From: Bacilli bacterium
GTDB lineage: Bacteria; Bacillota_I; Bacilli_A; RFN20; CAG-826
Reading direction: 5' to 3'
DNA length: 64,000 bases
Assembly (NCBI GenBank): GCA_022653695.1
Contig: JALCSW010000004.1
Coordinates: 15,578 to 79,577, forward strand
Below, piece by piece: positions 57,902-64,000 of the stretch. Position 1 is the first letter of the stretch; every line of letters begins with the position of its first letter. Position numbers and translations under genes: made by a program. Under the pieces are notes generated by a model. The model was not told the origin of the DNA and did no database searches. It saw only the letters and a list, made by a program, of their open reading frames with translations.

Positions 57902-58941
57902 TGTTCTTGGCATGGAAGGAAATGGCCCGGAACAAGGGGCGGTTCGCGCTCGTGGTCATCGTCATGGTCCTCATCAGTTATCTCGTCTATTTCCTGATGG
58001 GCCTCGCCTATGGCCTCGCCTCAAGCTACACCAACGGCATCTCCAAATGGAACGCCGACGACATCGTTCTCACGAGCGACTCCAACGACAACGCGATGAT
58101 GTCTTTTCTCCCCGACTCCGCCTTTGAGGAGACCCAGGCCGAAGAGAAAGCCCGTTTTGGCCTTCTTCCGGCCGTCGCCAAGCAAAGCGAAGCGAGCAAG
58201 GCGGACGTCTATCTGCTCGGTCAGGAAAGCGGCACTTTCCTGTGGGAGGGGATCGGGTCTCCTTCTTTGGGTCAGTGGGAGGTCGTCGCCGATTCCTCGC
58301 TCTCCAAAGAGGGCTATGAGGTCGGCTCCTCCGTGTCCTTGGTCGGCTTTCAGGAGACGCTTACCATCAAAGCCTTCGCCGAGAAAGCCACTTACCAGAC
58401 CCTGCCGCTTTTATATATGGATCTATCCTTGTGGCGGCAGATCCGCTTCGCCGACGCGGGGTCCGCCTTCTCCTCCGGCATAGCCACCAAAGGCCCTTCC
58501 TTATCCGTCCCCTCGTCCTTGAAGACGTATTCGGTGGACGAATACTACAATTCCCTTCCCGGCTATGGGGCCCAGGTCGCCACTTTCTCGCTCATGATTT
58601 CCTTCCTGATCGCCATCGCCTCTTTCATCCTCGGGGTTTTCATGTACGTCCTCACGCTGCAGAAGACGAGTTTGTTCGGCGTGCTGAAGGCCCAGGGCGT
58701 CTCCAGCGGTTACCTGGCCCGCTCCGTCCTTTCGCAAACCCTTCTTCTGATCGTCCCCGGCTGCCTTCTTGGCTTTGGGCTCACCGCCCTTTCCGTCGCT
58801 TTCTTGGGCGACAAACTCCCCTTCGCCTACAACCTTTGGTTCAACTTGGCGATCGGCGGGGCCTTCGTTCTTTTCTCGCTCGTGGGGGCCCTCTTCTCAG
58901 TCAAGGCGGTCCTGAGGATCGACCCGGTCAAGGCCATATAG
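57901..58941 (+). CDS. ABC permease, HrtB/FtsX-like
   Basis: FLAWKEMARNKGRF...GLAYGLA, TLQK...GVLKAQG, IDPVKAI; GTG start. Confidence 0.85.
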   Translation: MFLAWKEMARNKGRFALVVIVMVLISYLVYFLMGLAYGLASSYTNGISKWNADDIVLTSDSNDNAMMSFLPDSAFEETQAEEKARFGLLPAVAKQSEASKADVYLLGQESGTFLWEGIGSPSLGQWEVVADSSLSKEGYEVGSSVSLVGFQETLTIKAFAEKATYQTLPLLYMDLSLWRQIRFADAGSAFSSGIATKGPSLSVPSSLKTYSVDEYYNSLPGYGAQVATFSLMISFLIAIASFILGVFMYVLTLQKTSLFGVLKAQGVSSGYLARSVLSQTLLLIVPGCLLGFGLTALSVAFLGDKLPFAYNLWFNLAIGGAFVLFSLVGALFSVKAVLRIDPVKAI

Positions 58942-58948
58942 GAGCGTT

Positions 58949-59632
58949 ATGGAACCCCTTATCGAAGCCAAAAGAATCACGAAGGACTTCCTTCAGAAAG
59001 AAGAGGTCGTCCATGCCCTCGCGGAGACTTCTTTCGTCGGCTTTCCGGGCGAGTTCGTCGCCGTCATCGGCCCTTCCGGAAGCGGAAAATCGACTTTTCT
59101 CACGATTCTCGGGGGCCTTCAGAAACCGACGACCGGGGAAATTCTCCTCGAAGGGGCCCCTTATAGCCGGCTCGAGGCGAAGAGCCGTTCCCGGATCCGC
59201 TTCGAGAAAATCGGCTTTATCCTCCAAAGTTCGAGCCTCGTCCCTTTCCTCACCGTCGCCGAGCAGCTCCGCCTATACGATCGCCTCAGGAGGCGCCCTC
59301 ACGACGAAGCGCGGATCGCTGAGCTTTCCAAGCGGCTGGGAGTCGGGAAACTGCTCGGCAAACTCCCGAATCAGCTCTCCGGGGGCGAGAGGCAACGGGC
59401 CGCGATCATGAAGGCCCTTTACCCCGATCCCTCGCTCATTTTGGCCGACGAGCCGACCGCTTCGCTTGACCGCCTGAAGAGCCAGGAAGTCATGGAACTG
59501 CTCCGCGCCGAGACCAAACGCGAGAACAAACTGACCATCATGGTGACCCACGATGAGCGCTTTCTCGACATGTGCGACCGGGTTTGCGAAATCGAGGACG
59601 GGGTCCTTTCGGAGAGCAGGCCCCAAAGTTAG
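58949..59632 (+). CDS. ABC ATPase, HrtA-like
   Basis: GPSGSGKST, LSGGERQR, ADEPTASLD, VTHD. Confidence 0.9.
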   Translation: MEPLIEAKRITKDFLQKEEVVHALAETSFVGFPGEFVAVIGPSGSGKSTFLTILGGLQKPTTGEILLEGAPYSRLEAKSRSRIRFEKIGFILQSSSLVPFLTVAEQLRLYDRLRRRPHDEARIAELSKRLGVGKLLGKLPNQLSGGERQRAAIMKALYPDPSLILADEPTASLDRLKSQEVMELLRAETKRENKLTIMVTHDERFLDMCDRVCEIEDGVLSESRPQS

Positions 59633-59666
59633 GTCGAATGCCCCCTCGGCCGCGGCGTTTTGAGGG

Positions 59667-59703
59667 AAAAAAAGAAAGCCCCGTTTCAAACGGGGCCGTT
59701 TTT
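59667..59703. terminator. Probable bidirectional terminator
   Basis: GCCCCGTTT/AAACGGGGC stem flanked by A- and T-runs between convergent genes. Confidence 0.7.
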
Positions 59704-59707
59704 GGGC

Positions 59708-60052
59708 CTAAACCACTTTAATGTCGCGGATGCTGACGTCGCTGCCGGTTATGAGGTATGTGTCGTCGCCCCCGCAGTAGGGGCATTTGCGGCCGTATTC
59801 GACCGTGCCGTAGGTCTTCTTGCACTTCTGACAGTACGAGATTCCCTTGACGATTACCGTGGTGAGTTCGCACTCCTTCATGTGATCGGTCTTTTTGATG
59901 GCCCAGTCGTAGCATTCCTTGAAGTAGGAGGGGATCACGCTGGAGACCTCGCCGATTTCGATGGTGAGGCCAACGACTTTCTTCGCGTGGTTCTTCTTTG
60001 CTAGCGCCTCGACTTGATCGATGACGTAGAAGACGATGCCAAGCTCATGCAT
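59708..60052 (-). CDS. hypA: HypA/HybF family nickel metallochaperone
   Basis: MHELGI, IGEVSSV, CQKC...CPYCG; overlaps the upstream gene by 8 bp. Confidence 0.9.
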   Translation of the reverse strand: MHELGIVFYVIDQVEALAKKNHAKKVVGLTIEIGEVSSVIPSYFKECYDWAIKKTDHMKECELTTVIVKGISYCQKCKKTYGTVEYGRKCPYCGGDDTYLITGSDVSIRDIKVV

Positions 60053-62954
60053 GCTTGACGCCGTTATCGACCGCGTTGCCGGTGTAGGGCTTCTCTTTCG
60101 CGTCGGCTTTGTGGGCTTTCCCATAATCCCGGCGTTTCTTGCGAAGCTCCTTGGCCTCTTTGCTGCCCGAGTGGGCCAAGATGCGGAAGCTTCTCTTGAT
60201 GGCGTAGGGGAGCATCCCCTTGACCTTGTCCTCCCCTTTCCGCATGTCGGTGTTCTCCGGCGTGTCGCGGACGAGATGGATGGCGTCGAACTGGCAGCGG
60301 GTCGTGCAGATCCCGCAGCCGATGCACTTATGGGGGTCGACGACCGAGGCGCCGCAACCAAGGCAGCGGCCGGTCTCTTTCTTGACTTGCTCTTCCGTCA
60401 GGTCCTTGCGGACGTCGCGGAACGTTTTGGCTTCCTCGATCGCCTTGTCGACGGGGGCTTCCTGACGTCCGATGTCGTCGTAGGAAGGATAGGAGATGTC
60501 GTCTTTGTCGAGCGGGGTGAAGACATGGCGGCTGAGGCCGACGGTGGCTTCGGCGCCCGGACGGACGTGGCGGGCCAAACTGTCCGCGACGAAGTGCCCG
60601 GCCGCGATGGCGTCTATCACGAACTTCGGGCCCGTGAAGACGTCGCCGCCGACGAAGATGTCGGGGTCGGCCGTCTGATAGGTGAGTTTGTCGGCGATCG
60701 GGTAATTGCCATGCCAGAACGTCACTTTGCTCCCGTCAAGGAGATGGCCCCATTCGATGGCTTGGCCGATCGCGAAGACGATCTGGTCGCACTTGACGGT
60801 CTTGGTGACCGCCTCGTCGTAAAGCGGGGAGAACCTCTTCGTGGCCGGGTCGATGGTGCGCGTGCATTTCTTGAGGACGATGCCCGTGACCTTGCCCTCT
60901 CCGTCCACGAGGACTTCTTTGGGCCCCCATTGGTTGGAGATGGTGATGCCTTCGGCGAGGGTTTCGGCGACCTCATCCCCGCTGGCGGGCATGGTTTCGG
61001 CGCTCTCGAGACAGTACATGCCGACGTTTTTCCCGCCGAGCCTCTTGGCGGTCTTGGCGCAGTCGACCGCGACGTTGCCGCCGCCGATGACGACCACGTC
61101 GCCGGTGAATTTCTCATTTTGATGTTCGTAGGAATGCAGCAGGTAGTCGACCGCGATGGCGGTGTTTTTGGCGTTGTCGTTCGGGACGTTGGGCCGGCGG
61201 CCCCCTTGGCATCCGATCGCGAGGTAAAAGGCCTTGTAGCCTTTTTTCTTAAGCTGGGGGATCGTCACGTCCTTTCCGACCTCGACCCCGCACTGGATGT
61301 CGACGCCCAAGGACTTGATGATGTCGATCTCGGCTTCGAGGACGTCCTTTTCGAGCTTGAAACTCGGAATGCCGTACATCATCATGCCGCCCGGTTTCGC
61401 GTTCTTTTCGAAGACGGTCGGCTTGAAGCCCTGAAGGGCCAAGTAGTAGGCGGCGGAAAGCCCAGCCGGGCCGGCGCCGACGATGGCGATTTTCTCTTTG
61501 AAGCCGCCCACGAGGGAGGGGATGGCCTTCTTCGGGACGAAACGGGTCTTGGAGTTGAGGTCGAAATCCGCGACGAACCTCTTGACCCCGTCGATGTTAA
61601 CGGCGTGGTCGATGGTCCCCCGGGTGCAGGCCTCTTCGCAACGCTTGTTGCAGACGCGGCCGCAGACGGCTGGGAACGGATTCTCTTTCTTGATCAAAGC
61701 GAGGGCTTCCTGATATTTGCCCTGATGGGCGAGCTTAAGGTAGCCTTGGACCGGGACGTGGGCCGGGCAGGCCGCCTTGCAAGGGGCGCTCCCGGACTCA
61801 TAAGTGTCGCTCAGGCGCATGGTGTCGCGGTAATTCTCGTCCCAGGCGTATTTGCCCCATTTGTTGTTGTCGGGGAGCGGGGCCTGGGGGTATTCGACCG
61901 GCTTTCCGTCTTTGTGGCAGAGCTTTTGGCCGAGCTTGACGGCCCCGGCCGGGCACGATTCGACGCATAAGCCGCAAGCCACGCAGTTTTCCGGCGTGAC
62001 TTTGGCGGTGTAGGCGGATTTGCTGAGATTCGGGGTGTTGAAGAGCATGGACGTCCTGAGGGCGTTGCAGATCTTCACGTCGCAGTTGCAGATATCGAAG
62101 ATGTGCTCCGATCCGTCGATGTTGGTGATCTGGTGGACGAAGCCGTTGTCCTCGGCTTTCTGGATTATGTCGAGGGCCTTTTTCGGCGTGATGTAGTGGG
62201 CGCGGCCCGTTTCGACCGCGTAGTCGGCCATGTCGCCCATCTGAATGCACCAATCGTGCGGGTCGTCGATGCAGCCCTCATCCATTTTCTGCTTCGAATA
62301 GCGGCAGCTGCAAAGGCCGGCCGCGATGTGGCCCTTATATTTCTTCATCCAGTAGGAGATGTGCTCCAAGTCGACGGATTTCTGCTCCATCGGGATCGCT
62401 TTCTCGACCGGGATGACGTGCATGCCGATGCCGTCCCCTCCCGGGGGGACCATCTGCGTGATGCCGGCAAGCGGCATGAAGGTCATCCGCTCAAAGAAGG
62501 GGGCGACCACCGGGTTCTTGTCGATGCGCTCCGTGGTGGAGTTGAAGAGCTCGGCCGAACCGGGGACGAAGAAAGGAATGCGATAGCGTTTGATCTTCGG
62601 AAGATCGTCGAGCGGGGCGTCATGGCTGTAGCGATCGCCATAGTCGAATTCGATGATGCCGATCACCGCCATTTGCTCATACAGGTCATGCAAGGCCTTG
62701 GCATCGTAATCCGGGTTCAGCTTGATAAGCTGATCCAAAGTGTACCATTTGCGGAGTTTCATTTTGTTCAAAACGACCGCCATCTCATGGGTCAGGGTTT
62801 CCCGAAGGCCCCAGTATTCGGGATCCGTGCTCTTGAGGCCCAAAAGGTGATGCGGGACGATGTCCGTGATCTTCTTGCCCAGCTTAAGAATCTCTTTGTC
62901 GGGGTTCTTTTCCCCGTAGTACTTCGAGACGTACTTCTTGTTGATTTCTGACAT
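60045..62954 (-). CDS. Large Fe-S flavoprotein (Cys-rich N-terminal domain, ferredoxin, GltD-like NAD(P)H/FAD module, ferredoxin)
   Basis: CSCR, CNC; CVACGLCVESCP; APCKAACP...CGRVC...CEEAC; GAGPAG; GGGNVA; CLGCG; CIGCGICTTRC. Confidence 0.88.
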   Translation of the reverse strand: MSEINKKYVSKYYGEKNPDKEILKLGKKITDIVPHHLLGLKSTDPEYWGLRETLTHEMAVVLNKMKLRKWYTLDQLIKLNPDYDAKALHDLYEQMAVIGIIEFDYGDRYSHDAPLDDLPKIKRYRIPFFVPGSAELFNSTTERIDKNPVVAPFFERMTFMPLAGITQMVPPGGDGIGMHVIPVEKAIPMEQKSVDLEHISYWMKKYKGHIAAGLCSCRYSKQKMDEGCIDDPHDWCIQMGDMADYAVETGRAHYITPKKALDIIQKAEDNGFVHQITNIDGSEHIFDICNCDVKICNALRTSMLFNTPNLSKSAYTAKVTPENCVACGLCVESCPAGAVKLGQKLCHKDGKPVEYPQAPLPDNNKWGKYAWDENYRDTMRLSDTYESGSAPCKAACPAHVPVQGYLKLAHQGKYQEALALIKKENPFPAVCGRVCNKRCEEACTRGTIDHAVNIDGVKRFVADFDLNSKTRFVPKKAIPSLVGGFKEKIAIVGAGPAGLSAAYYLALQGFKPTVFEKNAKPGGMMMYGIPSFKLEKDVLEAEIDIIKSLGVDIQCGVEVGKDVTIPQLKKKGYKAFYLAIGCQGGRRPNVPNDNAKNTAIAVDYLLHSYEHQNEKFTGDVVVIGGGNVAVDCAKTAKRLGGKNVGMYCLESAETMPASGDEVAETLAEGITISNQWGPKEVLVDGEGKVTGIVLKKCTRTIDPATKRFSPLYDEAVTKTVKCDQIVFAIGQAIEWGHLLDGSKVTFWHGNYPIADKLTYQTADPDIFVGGDVFTGPKFVIDAIAAGHFVADSLARHVRPGAEATVGLSRHVFTPLDKDDISYPSYDDIGRQEAPVDKAIEEAKTFRDVRKDLTEEQVKKETGRCLGCGASVVDPHKCIGCGICTTRCQFDAIHLVRDTPENTDMRKGEDKVKGMLPYAIKRSFRILAHSGSKEAKELRKKRRDYGKAHKADAKEKPYTGNAVDNGVKHA

Positions 62955-63150
62955 TTCGCGTTCTCCTGTCCCGTTAGGTCCGAAAAAGCGTTTTTCCGTT
63001 TGTCTTTTCGCCCTTAACGTTCTTATTTTCGTCCAATGCGCGAGCAAGAAGCAAGGTATTTCCGAAGCGATCTTTTTCTATAAAAAGAAAAAGTCTCGAA
63101 AGTGAAGGCCGATTAATCCATACTGGAACATGACAAAGAGGTATCTGAAA

Positions 63151-64000
63151 ATGGAAAAGAAAGCTGTTCGCGTTCAAGATGACTTGTACCACGCGGTGAA
63201 TGATGAGTGGCTGGCCACGGCCAAAATCCCCGACGATCTGCCATGCTGCGGCGGATTCAGCGATTTGGCCATCGGCGTCGAAAAGACCATGATGGATGAC
63301 TTCAAAGCCATGGCGGAAGGCGGGAAAGCCATTCCCGACGCTTACATGGAAAAGGCCGTCGCCCTCTTTAAGAAAGGCCGCGACGTCGCTAGGCGGAACG
63401 CCGAAGGCATCAAGCCGCTCCTTCCGGAGTTGGCGAAGATCGACGCCCTTCGCGACATCGCCGACATGAACGCCAAACTGCCCGCCCTCGTCATCGATGA
63501 CAATCCGCTCCCCTTCCAGCTTGGCGTCGACACCAACATGAAGGACACGCTTCATCACGCGTGCATCCTCGTCGGACCCCGCGCCTTGTTGCCGGACACC
63601 ACCTATTACGGCGCCCCGCAGCTGAAGGCCCAAAAAGACGCCCTCATAGGCGTGCTCACCGCGGAATTCATGAAGTTGCTCTCGTTCACCCCCCTTCCCC
63701 TCGAGAAGCACAAGCAATACGTCGACGACGCTTTCGCGTTCGACGCCATCGTGGCCACTTTGGTCAAGAGCCAACAGGAGTGGAGCGAATACACGAAATG
63801 CTATAACCCGATGAAGAGCGAGGAAGCCATCGCGGCCCTTAAGCCGCTTGATTTTGGCAACCTTCTGAGCAACGTCTTCGGGAAAATACCGGACGAGGTC
63901 ATCGTCTACGAGCCACGCTTCCTCAAAGGCTTTTCGACCCTTTTCAACGAGAAGAACTTCCCGATGTACAAGCATTGGGCTTATCTCAAGGCCCTCATGA
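63151..64000 (+). CDS. M13 family metallopeptidase (PepO-like), 3' end off window
   Basis: Not in the ORF track. Manual translation gives MEKKAVRVQDDLYHAVNDEWLATAKIPDD...GGFSDL...GIKPL...LPDTTYY; open to the window end. Confidence 0.88.
   Translation, partial: MEKKAVRVQDDLYHAVNDEWLATAKIPDDLPCCGGFSDLAIGVEKTMMDDFKAMAEGGKAIPDAYMEKAVALFKKGRDVARRNAEGIKPLLPELAKIDALRDIADMNAKLPALVIDDNPLPFQLGVDTNMKDTLHHACILVGPRALLPDTTYYGAPQLKAQKDALIGVLTAEFMKLLSFTPLPLEKHKQYVDDAFAFDAIVATLVKSQQEWSEYTKCYNPMKSEEAIAALKPLDFGNLLSNVFGKIPDEVIVYEPRFLKGFSTLFNEKNFPMYKHWAYLKALM

Noticed and set aside
1-64000. CRISPR arrays, IS/prophage genes, tRNA/rRNA, alternative genetic code
   Set aside because: No spaced repeats, transposase/integrase motifs or cloverleafs noticed by eye; TGA ends conserved genes such as sufB, mnmG and argS, consistent with code 11.

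Overview
64 kb of compact, mostly core chromosome from a GC-rich member of the Bacilli. The type B RNase P RNA, RNA polymerase delta subunit, DnaD, RecU, GpsB-like protein and RNase Y support Bacilli; an uncultured gut/rumen lineage such as RFN20/RF39 is my inference only. The window holds: two large lipoproteins (one a greatly expanded PrsA/parvulin foldase); sufCDSUB; mnmG-rsmG-parA-parB; an FMN riboswitch with ribU; ferredoxin; cmk-der; hup; cca-dnaD-nth; recU; rnpB; pgsA-cinA-recA; rny-ymdB-miaB-miaA-tcdA; fhs; two MacB-like ABC fusions; csp; ychF-ispF-argS-rpoE; several peptidases; class I aldolase; a DEAD-box helicase; and a redox/sulfur block (DUF134-NifX, CoA-disulfide reductase-rhodanese-TusA-DsrE fusion, glutathione peroxidase, HrtAB-like ABC, HypA with a ~970 aa Fe-S flavoprotein). 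I saw no mobile elements, CRISPR arrays, tRNAs or rRNAs. The most notable observations are: (1) a full-length homolog of the Cutibacterium acnes PUFA/linoleate isomerase PAI; (2) MiaB fused to a RicA/YmcA-like domain in the RNase Y operon, which is preceded by a long switch-like leader hairpin; (3) HypA coupled to a non-hydrogenase Fe-S flavoprotein; (4) a 25-aa ORF missed by the ORF track, with its own promoter, RBS and terminator; (5) a ParB with degenerate CTP motifs. All protein family calls come from motif recognition by eye; no searches were run.
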